NCBI GenBank assembly: GCA_965222225.1
Contig: CBDCTK010000002.1
Coordinates: 1,824,001-1,888,000, forward strand
Direction: 5' to 3'
DNA: 64,000 nt
DNA from: Candidatus Poribacteria bacterium
GTDB lineage: Bacteria > Poribacteria > WGA-4E > JAJDTR01
In this document: piece by piece, positions 9,423-18,653 of the stretch
How positions within the stretch are numbered: position 1 is the first letter of the stretch
Layout: the number at the start of each line of letters is the position of its first letter
The notes under the pieces: model-generated
The model's input: the letters and a program-made list of their open reading frames with translations, nothing else
Database searches by the model: none
Told to the model about the DNA's origin: nothing
Translations under genes and position numbers: made by a program

Positions 9423-11333
9423 TCACTTGCGGCGTTCGTCGTCCGATCTCGAATCCGGAAACTTCCTGCGATACTGTTCACCTGCCTCTTCGCGGGTCAT
9501 CTCGCCGCTCTCGACCTTTTTTCTCAGTTCATCAATGTAGGTCTGCTGCTCCGAGGTGCGATTGCGGCGTCCGCGCATGTCTCGGCGCTCACCACGTGCT
9601 TTCGATCCGCTGTCGAGCCACTTCGACATCGTTTCATACTCGACACCCATGACATCAGCCATCGCGCCAAGGACATGCGGATCAAGGTAAAGCATGGGTT
9701 GTTGAAAGGCAAAATTGTGTATGACCTTACCACCCTTTGCGACAAGAATCATCATCGCCGCGTTGCGATTCAGGCCGTAGCTGCCAGGGCCTTCGCCACC
9801 ATCTGGCGAGATACCCAGCAAAACCTCCTTTGGAACATGCGCTTCAAATTCCTTAATCCATTTAGACAACGTCCCTGGATCGTTGTCCAAAAACACGACA
9901 CTTGTGCGAATTTCTTTCTCAGATTTGTTAGCGATGTCAAGCAGGGCACGTGAAGTGCCAATCAGCCCGCGCACGCCCACCCCGTTGTCGTCTTGCACGA
10001 ACAGGACAAGGGGTTTTCCATCTGCCTCTGCGATGACATCGAATTCCTTATCAGCGAATTTACCCCTGATGCCAGTCGCCTTCAATGGCGGAAGGTGATC
10101 GCCCGGTTGCGGGCCAGAGAACAGTGGACTTTCTTCGGACTTGTTGAAACCGGTCGGGTCTTTGACTTTGACCCGACGGCCGTTTTCGTATTCCTTTTTT
10201 GCCATCGTCTGGCCCTGCTCTGTCTGCTCGCTACGCCTCTTATCACTCATATCAACCTCTTCTTCTGATGTCTTGGCTGTTTGAGAGAACAGCGAGAGTT
10301 GGACGCTTCGGAGCGGGACCAACTGTGCCATTGCCAGCAAAGGCAGGCTAGTGAATAATAAGGTTGTCGCCAGCCATAGCAAGCGTGGATTCGGTTGCAG
10401 ATCTAGCCGTCGATTGTCTTTCAGGATGGAGCCGATTCGGGACTCCAATTGCGATGGTTGATTCAGTGCCAAAGCCAGAGATATGTCTTCGTCTTTGTGG
10501 CGAACCAGGTCCAGCAAGCACTGGGCATAGTTCTTTCGCGCACCTGTCAACCGGATGACCCAGTCGTCACAAATCTGCTCTCGTAGGTCCACCAACCGAC
10601 GGTTGAGGAGATGGTAAAATGGATGGAAGAAGAAGATGGCTCCAACCAAGTGCGAAAAGAGATTGGTCAACCAATCCAGTCTTTGAACATGGGCTAGTTC
10701 ATGGACTGCCACCAGTTCAAACTGCTCAAGACTAAGTGTCTGCGGAATTAGTATGCGAGGGGACCGCCAGCCAAAAGATATAGGTGACACGACCTGATTG
10801 GAGAAGTAGACGGTGACCGAAAAATTGATTTTCATCTGTTCAGCCGCTCGCCTGCACACCGTCTGATACGAACCATCAGCGACCGTGGCAGCTCGCCGCA
10901 TGTGACCGATGCGGTGCAAGCCAAACAATAGACGCGCCAGCATGGTCAGCACACCGATAGCCCACGCACATAGCAGCCCATCAAGTAAGCCCCAGTTAGC
11001 AGGGAAAATCCGATCTGTAAGTATGTGATTTACCGATAGTGCTTGGTTTCCGACGGCTGGAAGGTCTAACAGGTCCGCAGTCTGGAGGATTAGGGACGTG
11101 ATAGCTACTGGCTGGGCTTGCGTTAATTCTGACTGAGCGGCTTTGATGGAGATACCCGGCACAAGCTGATTTAAGCCAAACAGGATTGGCAGGCTGATTA
11201 AGGACAACAGCCAGAGCAGATGGAAAGTGGTGTTAGAGCGGCGTAAACGACTGGTCACCAACCAAGTAAGGCCACTCAGTAGCCCCCACTGCCAAGAGCA
11301 ATTGAACAATGAAATCAGGATTTGCCTACTCAT
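9423..11333 (-). CDS. BlaR1/MecR1-like M56 metallopeptidase with C-terminal thioredoxin-like extracytoplasmic domain
   Basis: HELAHVQRLD zinc motif, REQICDDWV, LESRI, TM helices; C-terminal FSGPQPGD..P...KPLVLFV domain without CxxC. Confidence 0.9.
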   Translation of the reverse strand: MSRQILISLFNCSWQWGLLSGLTWLVTSRLRRSNTTFHLLWLLSLISLPILFGLNQLVPGISIKAAQSELTQAQPVAITSLILQTADLLDLPAVGNQALSVNHILTDRIFPANWGLLDGLLCAWAIGVLTMLARLLFGLHRIGHMRRAATVADGSYQTVCRRAAEQMKINFSVTVYFSNQVVSPISFGWRSPRILIPQTLSLEQFELVAVHELAHVQRLDWLTNLFSHLVGAIFFFHPFYHLLNRRLVDLREQICDDWVIRLTGARKNYAQCLLDLVRHKDEDISLALALNQPSQLESRIGSILKDNRRLDLQPNPRLLWLATTLLFTSLPLLAMAQLVPLRSVQLSLFSQTAKTSEEEVDMSDKRRSEQTEQGQTMAKKEYENGRRVKVKDPTGFNKSEESPLFSGPQPGDHLPPLKATGIRGKFADKEFDVIAEADGKPLVLFVQDDNGVGVRGLIGTSRALLDIANKSEKEIRTSVVFLDNDPGTLSKWIKEFEAHVPKEVLLGISPDGGEGPGSYGLNRNAAMMILVAKGGKVIHNFAFQQPMLYLDPHVLGAMADVMGVEYETMSKWLDSGSKARGERRDMRGRRNRTSEQQTYIDELRKKVESGEMTREEAGEQYRRKFPDSRSDDERRK

Positions 11334-11712
11334 CAGTTTCACTCCCTTCTGGCCGGTAGTTGTTAATCAGTTGTTGTAAGCGGTCATGTTCAGCGGTACC
11401 TGTTTGTCTCACTTCAAGTAAAGCGTTAACCAATTTCTCGGCAGAATTGTCAAACAGGTGTTCCAGCAAATCACTGAGCATGGAATGGGTAATCTCCGCC
11501 TCCTTGACCAAGGGTTCGTAGAGGAAAGTCCGACCAATGACCTGATGTGCCAAAAAGCCTTTCTTTTCCAAGCTTTTCATGGTCGTGGCAATGGTGGTAT
11601 AGGCCAGCTTGCGGTCAATGTTGTCCAGCACATCGTTAACAGTCGCCTGTCGCAGTTTCCAGACAACTTTCATCACGTCAAGCTCTAAATAGTGTAATTT
11701 CTTGGCTTTCAT
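11326..11712 (-). CDS. BlaI/MecI/CopY family transcriptional repressor
   Basis: ELDVMKVVW, LAYTTIATTMKSLEKKGFL, FLYEP motifs; overlaps the start of the M56 gene. Confidence 0.95.
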   Translation of the reverse strand: MKAKKLHYLELDVMKVVWKLRQATVNDVLDNIDRKLAYTTIATTMKSLEKKGFLAHQVIGRTFLYEPLVKEAEITHSMLSDLLEHLFDNSAEKLVNALLEVRQTGTAEHDRLQQLINNYRPEGSETDE

Positions 11713-11806
11713 CTGATTCTCTCCTTATCCAAAAGGTTTAGGGTGAATGCCTCTGCTGCTGACAGGTCAGATAAGATGTTAACTCGCATGTTAAAAGTAA
11801 AAATCC

Positions 11807-11865
11807 AATTAGTACTAATTTCAAATACTATTACGATAGTATATGAGAAAGGTTTACACTGTCAA
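11807..11865 (-). promoter_or_regulatory. Sigma70 promoter with overlapping palindromic operator for the BlaI operon
   Basis: TTGACA-N16-TATACT on the minus strand. Dyad ATACTAT-N4-ATAGTAT (11825-11842) overlaps the -10 box; second palindrome AATTAGTACTAATT at 11807-11820. Confidence 0.75.
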
Positions 11866-12372
11866 AGAGAAATTTCTCTGAAGGATGGGTGTTTCCTAAA
11901 ACTCAATTCAAATAAGGGTGTGAAGGCAGCGTGTCTAAAGAGGGGGGGATAAAAGAATCTGGAGAAGGGATGACGTGTTCCTGCGTAACCGTACGGATTC
12001 CGCGTCTCGGCGCCGTTCTAATACCTCTGCTAACGCGCCTGTCGAAGGCGGCAGGGGGACTGCATCCTGTAAATGCGCAACCGCAATGCTAGAGCGAACC
12101 GCCCGATTAGCTGAGGCCGGAAGGGACGCGCCCTCTCTCCCAGTCGGAGCAACACCGAACTCGCGTGGCGGCCGCGAGGCGTTTGCTTCTATCGTAGCCT
12201 CTATGGCGTTGATTAGGTCTTCAATCTTCATCTCGTTCTTGAGATGCATCGAAGATTCAGAGAGTTAGCTGGGGTTAAAGAGAGAAACAGGAATCGAGGC
12301 TTGAAGTCCCCTAAGCTAACAATGGAAACTGTTTATAACCGAGGACCGCGAATGATTGGGGAGGGAGGATGA

Positions 12373-12445
12373 AGCCGGTGAGAGGATTTGAACCTCCGAC
12401 CTGCTGATTACGAATCAGCCGCTCTAGCCCCTGAGCTACACCGGC
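12373..12445 (-). tRNA. tRNA-Thr (anticodon CGT)
   Basis: Cloverleaf GCCGGTG...GCTGA-TT-CGT-AA-TCAGC...GGTTCAAATCC; CCA not encoded. Confidence 0.95.
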
Positions 12446-12490
12446 CTATCACGAATAGGCTCATTCCACAAGCGTCATGTCAGATAAGGA

Positions 12491-12563
12491 TGCCGAGGGG
12501 CAGAATCGAACTGCCCACACATGGATTTTCAGTCCACTGCTCTACCGACTGAGCTACCTCGGC
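12491..12563 (-). tRNA. tRNA-Phe (anticodon GAA)
   Basis: GCCGAGG acceptor stem, GTGGA-CT-GAA-AA-TCCAT anticodon arm, GTTCGATT T-loop; CCA not encoded. Confidence 0.95.
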
Positions 12564-12582
12564 ACCGGATGAAACGGCTAGA

Positions 12583-12611
12583 ATAATAACAAACAGGCGG
12601 GTAGATGTCAA
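12583..12611 (-). promoter_or_regulatory. Sigma70 promoter of the tRNA-Phe/tRNA-Thr pair
   Basis: TTGACA-N17-TATTAT about 20 nt upstream of tRNA-Phe. Confidence 0.8.
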
Positions 12612-13141
12612 GACTATTTTGCCATCAACCGAATTCCTCAATCCCGCCGAAGTCGTTCTACGGGGTTATTCGCTTACTTGGATTCCTTTGATGGGTCAAG
12701 GAAACTTGGGATCTCCAATGTGGATGACCTAAGCATTATTGCCCTTTGTTTGACTGAACAGCGATGTTTGCAATTGACGGGAGATGGATAATGTGGTATA
12801 GTTATTTGGTGTGGACTCCTTCGGCTGACGCTCGCACCAAGTTAACCATGGTTGATTTACGAAAATGAAAGCATCTAGACCGGGTTGGCACGCTTCGTGT
12901 ATTCCAGGCGTCAATATAGCGCAACCGCAATAATCCTTCAAATAGCCTTGATGAACTAAGACAACGACCGTCTTCAGAAGTTACGGAGTTCGGGGCAAGT
13001 TCATTGTAGCGTGGAAAAACGGAAACTGGGCTGATCTCAGGGGTTGACGATGCGACAGCACAAAGGGAAACTAGCCACTAGCTCGCCGGACAAGCAACCT
13101 CTCGGACGAAATAACTCTATTTCACCGCACTAAAAAAATTC

Positions 13142-13642
13142 ATGAGTAAACAAGCTGAAATCGCTAACGATCGAGCGATTGAATACTGGAAACGAGATCG
13201 GTTTGCAGAAGCAATCGTTCAATGGGAAGAAGCCCTGCGCATAGATCCCCAAGTAGCGGAAATTCACCACAATTTGGGAAACGCATACGCTCACCTAAAT
13301 CTTCCAGACAAAGCTATCGAATCCCTGAAACAAGCACTTTCTATAGACCCAACTTTGGTTGAAGCTTATAACAAATTAGGGTGTATTTTCTACGACCAAG
13401 GGAATCGGGAGTTGGCTATATCAAGTTGGAATGAGGCGCTAAAGGTGAAACCCGACTTTAGAGAAGTGTTGCACAATCTGCATCTAGCAGAAAGCACGCC
13501 GCAATTTGATGTCAACAGCGAAATTCCCGAATATGAGCGCGGAGATTCAGAGGAAGACGAGGAAAAGTCGCCATGGAGTACTCGAGTTGGACAATGGTTT
13601 GGAAGGGTCTTTGGCAGGGGCAATAAGTCGGATTTCGAATAG
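13142..13642 (+). CDS. Tetratricopeptide repeat protein
   Basis: Three TPR units (EALRIDP..AEIHHNLGNAY; QALSIDP..EAYNKLG; EALKVKP). Confidence 0.9.
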   Translation: MSKQAEIANDRAIEYWKRDRFAEAIVQWEEALRIDPQVAEIHHNLGNAYAHLNLPDKAIESLKQALSIDPTLVEAYNKLGCIFYDQGNRELAISSWNEALKVKPDFREVLHNLHLAESTPQFDVNSEIPEYERGDSEEDEEKSPWSTRVGQWFGRVFGRGNKSDFE

Positions 13643-13791
13643 CTTCCTCTTCCCTGGGGGCGTTCGCATAAACTCATGTGATGAAATCGAGTCTTCCGAA
13701 AGACCCGGTTGCCAAAATGTTTAAGTCCCAACGCTTTGGAACAAGTGTTTTATCGTCAGACAAATCCGACCTAAGAGCAAACCCCGAAAGC

Positions 13792-14949
13792 TTACCCCCG
13801 TCCCTCCAGGATTCGCTCGTAAATTGCCAAGTAGGAATTAGCGATATTTCTCCAGTCGTACTTTTGCACAAAATCAATACTAGATCTGCCCATTCGGATA
13901 CGACCTTCACCGTCGTTGATGAGTCCCACCAGACTTCTTGCCAAACCGTTGACATCATTTGGTGGAAAGAGTGCGCCATTTACCCCCGTCCTGACCAAGT
14001 CCTCAATCCCTTGGACTCTGCTTGCAACGATTGGTAATCCGGTCCCCATTGCCTCAAGCACGACAAGTGGCATTCCCTCCGCTAAGGAACACAGAACAAA
14101 CACATCGGCATCGCGGTATATATGAGGAAGTTCAGAATAGGAGACTGAACCGCCGAAACGGATTTTATGATCGACCTTCAGTTCTTTCGCTAACGCCACG
14201 AGAGTATCGCGGTAGGGCCCGTCCCCAACAATCTCAATCTCAAAATCAACCGTCGCTTCGGCAATCACTCGGGGTAATGCCTGAATAAGGAATTGGAAAC
14301 CCTTTCTTGGAATTAACCTGCCAATCGTCAGGATTCGGACACAAGTCGGGAAGGTGGCTCGAGGTACCGGCGAGAAACGATTCAAGTCTAGTCCGTCGGG
14401 AACAACCTTAAATGGGAGTTCCGGGGCGGTTTTCGAAGCCAATTCACGCAATCCGTTGCTGCACGCGACTACTGCCTCGGCGTTTTTCCAAATTCCCCCT
14501 ATTACCGGATTGATTAGGGCGTAGATCCAACGGTAATAGGGCGGATCCGGATTCGGGCTTGGTACATCGCGTCCACTGAGAAAGACCACATACGGCAAAC
14601 CGTGAATCTTCTTCAACAGGTATCCGCCGCCACCGGATGGAATGCCTGAGAAAATCTGGACAATATTCGGCTTGAGTCGCGAAACGCTACGTAATCCGTG
14701 CAAACCTGAGCTAATCGCGTAGGTGAGCATTTCGTGTACGGCGCAGACATCTTTGTTACTTCGCAATGTAGGCACACGGTGAACATGAATTCCCTCAACT
14801 TCCTCCTCCTCAGGGAGACTCTGGAATTGGGAGGTAATTAAATATACATCGTGTCCCGCCTCTACAAAGTGTTTCCCAAAAAAGTAACTCACCCAGCCGC
14901 TTCCACCGCCTATAGGCGGAAACTCGTGGTTAAACATCAGAATTCGCAT
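13792..14949 (-). CDS. Glycosyltransferase family 4
   Basis: EFPPIGGG, GRLIPRKG and SLAEGMPLVVLEAM (EX7E) motifs. Confidence 0.95.
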   Translation of the reverse strand: MRILMFNHEFPPIGGGSGWVSYFFGKHFVEAGHDVYLITSQFQSLPEEEEVEGIHVHRVPTLRSNKDVCAVHEMLTYAISSGLHGLRSVSRLKPNIVQIFSGIPSGGGGYLLKKIHGLPYVVFLSGRDVPSPNPDPPYYRWIYALINPVIGGIWKNAEAVVACSNGLRELASKTAPELPFKVVPDGLDLNRFSPVPRATFPTCVRILTIGRLIPRKGFQFLIQALPRVIAEATVDFEIEIVGDGPYRDTLVALAKELKVDHKIRFGGSVSYSELPHIYRDADVFVLCSLAEGMPLVVLEAMGTGLPIVASRVQGIEDLVRTGVNGALFPPNDVNGLARSLVGLINDGEGRIRMGRSSIDFVQKYDWRNIANSYLAIYERILEGRG

Positions 14950-14967
14950 ATCTAGGTGTCCACAAAT

Positions 14968-15864
14968 CTACGGCGTCCGTGGCAGGGAATTCTTAGAATA
15001 CTCGACCGCGAACGTGATGATTGCCTCAGCAATCCGGATTCCGGTTACCGTTTCAATCTCTTCGAATCCGGGCGAAGGATTGACTTCAAGTATTAAAGGC
15101 CTATCGGCTGTGTGCAACATATCTACGCCGGCTACCTCTAAATCCATGGCTGCTGTCGCAGCAATTGCTGTTTCAACGCACGGTGTTGGTAATTCCACAA
15201 TAGTTCCGTATCCGCCACGGTGGATGTTTGATCTGAACTCGCCAGCCTGAGCAACCCGTTTCATAGCAGCAATCACTTTTCCTCCGACTACAATTACCCT
15301 AAGGTCAAGTACACCCGAATCTTTTATGAAGGGCTGAATGACGTAATCCTGATGCAAATCACACATTGCGCCGACCGCGGATGCGAGCGAAGTCCGCGTG
15401 TCTAGCAGAAGAAACGCATCGCCATGGGTACCATGAAACGGCTTCATCAGGAATGGATAATCTCCCGTTTCACTAACCGCGCGGTCTAGAAAATCGGCGG
15501 AACCGGCAGTGAAACTCGGTGGAACTGGCAGGCCTTGTGCGGCTAGGATGCGGAGCGTGCGAAACTTGTTGCGGGCGTTAGCTATCGGCGTTGCACGGTT
15601 AATGACCGGGATACCGACCCATTCAAAATGACTAACAACCTCGCCGCCGTACACCGCTGTTGCGGCGCTCAAACGCGGAACAACCACATCGTAGTCCTCA
15701 GTCGGAACCCTCTCGTAATAAATCCGTTTCCCTGTGCCTCCAATCTGTAAATTGAAACCAAACGGGCTAAGTACATGGGCGACATGCCCTGCCGAATGCG
15801 CTGCCTCGGTCAATCTTCGCGTGGAATGATTTTGGGCAGCACGTGATAAAATAGCAATCTTCAT
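14968..15864 (-). CDS. RimK-family ATP-grasp alpha-L-glutamate ligase
   Basis: MKIAILSR, DLRVIVVGG, EFRSNIHRGG, LEVNPSPGF motifs. Confidence 0.9.
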   Translation of the reverse strand: MKIAILSRAAQNHSTRRLTEAAHSAGHVAHVLSPFGFNLQIGGTGKRIYYERVPTEDYDVVVPRLSAATAVYGGEVVSHFEWVGIPVINRATPIANARNKFRTLRILAAQGLPVPPSFTAGSADFLDRAVSETGDYPFLMKPFHGTHGDAFLLLDTRTSLASAVGAMCDLHQDYVIQPFIKDSGVLDLRVIVVGGKVIAAMKRVAQAGEFRSNIHRGGYGTIVELPTPCVETAIAATAAMDLEVAGVDMLHTADRPLILEVNPSPGFEEIETVTGIRIAEAIITFAVEYSKNSLPRTP

Positions 15865-15925
15865 ACTGGAATTCTACAAGAGGGAAGGTGCTTTTTTAGG
15901 CACATGGGTGGGCGATATGGCGATA

Positions 15926-16969
15926 CTATTTGTTGTGCCGTCTACTCGCTAGGAATGAATCAAGTTGCTCAACGGTGTCAAAGATTCTTTCGCACAAGTT
16001 CTCAAAGAATGGACTGCGGGCATGGGAGTATACGGCGTAGACCGGCTTGTTGTAACGAGACGCATAGTTCATCTCGCTTAACACGCCCGGAGAGAGTTTA
16101 TCGGTTGGATAAAGCACAACGACGAAATCGCTCTGATGAATGAATTGAAAATCCCTTGAGATGGTGCGTGTCTTTATCTGCTCGCTAAAACTCGCGTCAA
16201 GATTGCTAATGGTGGTGATTCTGTCTGAAGTTACTAGCTCCGGTTTCACGCTCAGTTCGGCTTCTGCGTCGTGAATTAACTCCATATCTTTTATATCTAG
16301 CGGATCGAACACGATAAAATGCTTGCGCATCTTCGATCCAAACGCATGAATCTTTTTGAGGTGGTCGGTGCTCTCCCGTAGCAGAGTGATTGGATAACTG
16401 AGATACAATTTCTGTTTGTCGGAAAATAAGAGATCGTAAAAGTTCTCAAGATCGTGCCGTCGTGCCACTGTATAGTGAGGTTTGCTGTTGAGGATCGCCA
16501 TCTGCTTAGTTAGGAACTCCTCCTCATCTAGCCAGACGTTAATCTCTTCGCGACGCATACCCGTCCACTGAGGATTCGGCGTCATACGATCTGTGATATC
16601 TGCAAGGTCATCAACCACATTCACAAACACATCTGCCGGAAACTCCCGAATGTCCCGAAAAGATATCCCCTCAATCAATCTACCACGCCAGCGAAAGCAC
16701 GAATGAAGTCCGATAAACGCATGCTCGTATTCGGAGGCGCGATTGGCAATTTCGTGGAACGCAGACCGACGCGCTAAGGAGAGCACGGCAGGATCGGAAT
16801 CGAGTACTTTTTCCGTGAAGCGCACTCCGGATTCGGCAGCGGCACGGTGCATGAAATCACCTACGTTAAAAAACCCGATCCGCACTTTTTTTTCGCGACA
16901 GAGCGCTTCAAAATCCGCCATCAACTCCTTTCTGCCGGAGCAACTGATTCCTGTGCAGATGATATTCAT
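15926..16969 (-). CDS. Archaeal-adenylate-kinase-like P-loop domain fused to a nucleoside 2-deoxyribosyltransferase-like domain
   Basis: N-terminal TGISCSGRK (degenerate Walker A), NVGDFM, H..FRW; C-terminal LYLSYPIT, RDFQFIHQSD, SPGVLSEMNYA...KPVY. Confidence 0.7.
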   Translation of the reverse strand: MNIICTGISCSGRKELMADFEALCREKKVRIGFFNVGDFMHRAAAESGVRFTEKVLDSDPAVLSLARRSAFHEIANRASEYEHAFIGLHSCFRWRGRLIEGISFRDIREFPADVFVNVVDDLADITDRMTPNPQWTGMRREEINVWLDEEEFLTKQMAILNSKPHYTVARRHDLENFYDLLFSDKQKLYLSYPITLLRESTDHLKKIHAFGSKMRKHFIVFDPLDIKDMELIHDAEAELSVKPELVTSDRITTISNLDASFSEQIKTRTISRDFQFIHQSDFVVVLYPTDKLSPGVLSEMNYASRYNKPVYAVYSHARSPFFENLCERIFDTVEQLDSFLASRRHNK

Positions 16970-17131
16970 GCCGCGCTCCTATTCACACTCGAAGGAATAT
17001 CTAATCGGCTCCGAGTTACCAAACTCGCCTCTCCACGCCTCAATTGTCGATTTTTGGCCGGAGACAAATACTCAATCGCCAGTTGTTCGACTCGTAGGGT
17101 AGGCACTGCTTACTATTGCGGACCGGGCGCA

Positions 17132-17160
17132 ATTATGCCACGCTGTCAAATCAGTGTCAA
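17132..17160 (-). promoter_or_regulatory. Sigma70 promoter for the kinase-like/RimK/GT4 operon
   Basis: TTGACA-N17-CATAAT, followed by a leader of about 160 nt. Confidence 0.65.
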
Positions 17161-17232
17161 CTTGAAAATCCTGTGACTCAGGTTCGGGTGAGAATGATAT
17201 GAGATGGATCCGGCGGTGAGATTGGTAGTAAA

Positions 17233-18363
17233 TCACGCCCCATTGGCTTCGCTGGCTTGAGGCCTGAGCAGAATTAGCGCGACTAATGCGGCAACCGAAG
17301 AGATGGATCCTGCGACGACAAATGCCCCTGAAAGCCCAAAGATATCCGCAACGGCGCCGGATGTCATGGGGCCAAGAAACATCCCGATGGCATACGTGGC
17401 TTGAAAGGCCCCCATCGCCGTTGCACGGTCCTGATCGGGTATCTGCCGAATGCTCAAGCCCATCAGCAAAGGGTACGTCATGCCGCGTCCAAACCCACTG
17501 ATACCTTGGGTGATTGCTAGGAGTGGCAGGTTTGTGACAATGGGAACGACAAACGCCATCCCCGCCATAATGAGAATGCCCACGAAAAGCGCACGATTTT
17601 CGCCTAAACGATCGGCAACGCGATGATTGACCAGTGACGCTAGAGTGTAGGGCAGCAGGGCAACCACACCAATGACGCCGAGTGCCGATTTACTCGCACC
17701 CAATCCATCTGCATACAACGGGACAAAGCCAAATGTCGTTGCCCAGATGACATATTGATTCAGAGCGGAGATTAGCGCTGTAGTGATTACTGTCCGGTGA
17801 ATCATTACCGAGCGAATCTGTCGCACGGTAAGAGATTTTCTAATTGCTCGCGGTTCCCTAATCGGCGCGGTTGAAATAATACCGAAAACCGCCAAAATAG
17901 CACCGACATAGAATGTAGATTCCATTCACCAGATTTCGGCAATCTGTCCTCCTAGACCGATAAAGACCGTTAACGATATGCCGTTGATTGCGCTGACGAC
18001 ACCCATTGCCTTGGGCGTTTCATCCGGCGGAAAGTAACTTGCATACAATACCGTGAATCCAACCCAAGTCGACGCACTGATACCGAACACACCGCGGGCC
18101 AGGACTAGATATGCCGGGTTAGGCGCAAGAGCAAGCCCCAGGCACCCAAGCAAGTTGAAGAAGTGACCTGCGTAAAGGAAAGGCAGGCGCCTCCCCAGAC
18201 GATCCGACCAAATGCCGACCGGAATTCGCAGGAGCATTTGAACGAAACCGTACGCCCCAACAATGACACCCACGGTCGTGAATGAAGCGCCTAGCGATGC
18301 GGCGTAAACAGACAATATAGGTGAGTAGACGTATAGCGCAGCCCAATACAGAAACATCGCCAC
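17233..18363 (-). pseudogene. MFS transporter split by an in-frame stop
   Basis: Two same-frame ORFs separated only by TGA at 17926-17928 (EIW*MES, Gly expected). MFS motif GIWSDRLGRR; true start codon unclear. Confidence 0.85.
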
Positions 18364-18485
18364 ATAGAACGCCCAAATTGACAGCTTCCCAGGCTGGTGT
18401 GAAAGCGATCCGTTACCGGTTTGGGGTGTCTCCTTGATTGAAAATCACCTCGGGTTCCAGGAAAAATTATGAAATGGCCTGTGTC

Positions 18486-18514
18486 ATTCTAACCGAAGGC
18501 GACCAGGCTGTCAA
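18486..18514 (-). promoter_or_regulatory. Sigma70 promoter upstream of the MFS gene
   Basis: TTGACA-N17-TAGAAT. Confidence 0.6.
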
Positions 18515-18653
18515 CGTTTCAATACGACACGAACCGCGCAACCCCGGCATTTCCCAAACCTGCCCGTTTTTTCTGACCACAATGTAATGATCGCATATTG
18601 AGGTCTCTGTAGTTTCTGTAGAGTGGGCACTGTCCACCTCTGAAACAAATTAT

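Noticed and set aside
11935-12370. Integrase or att site next to tRNA-Thr
   Set aside because: No recombinase motifs and no duplicated tRNA 3' end seen in the window; the short ORFs are unconvincing.
12650-12690. Possible degenerate micro-element copy (TATTCGCTTACTTGGATTCC); similar weak hits near 7076 and 12188
   Set aside because: Only partial matches, which cannot be told from chance by eye.
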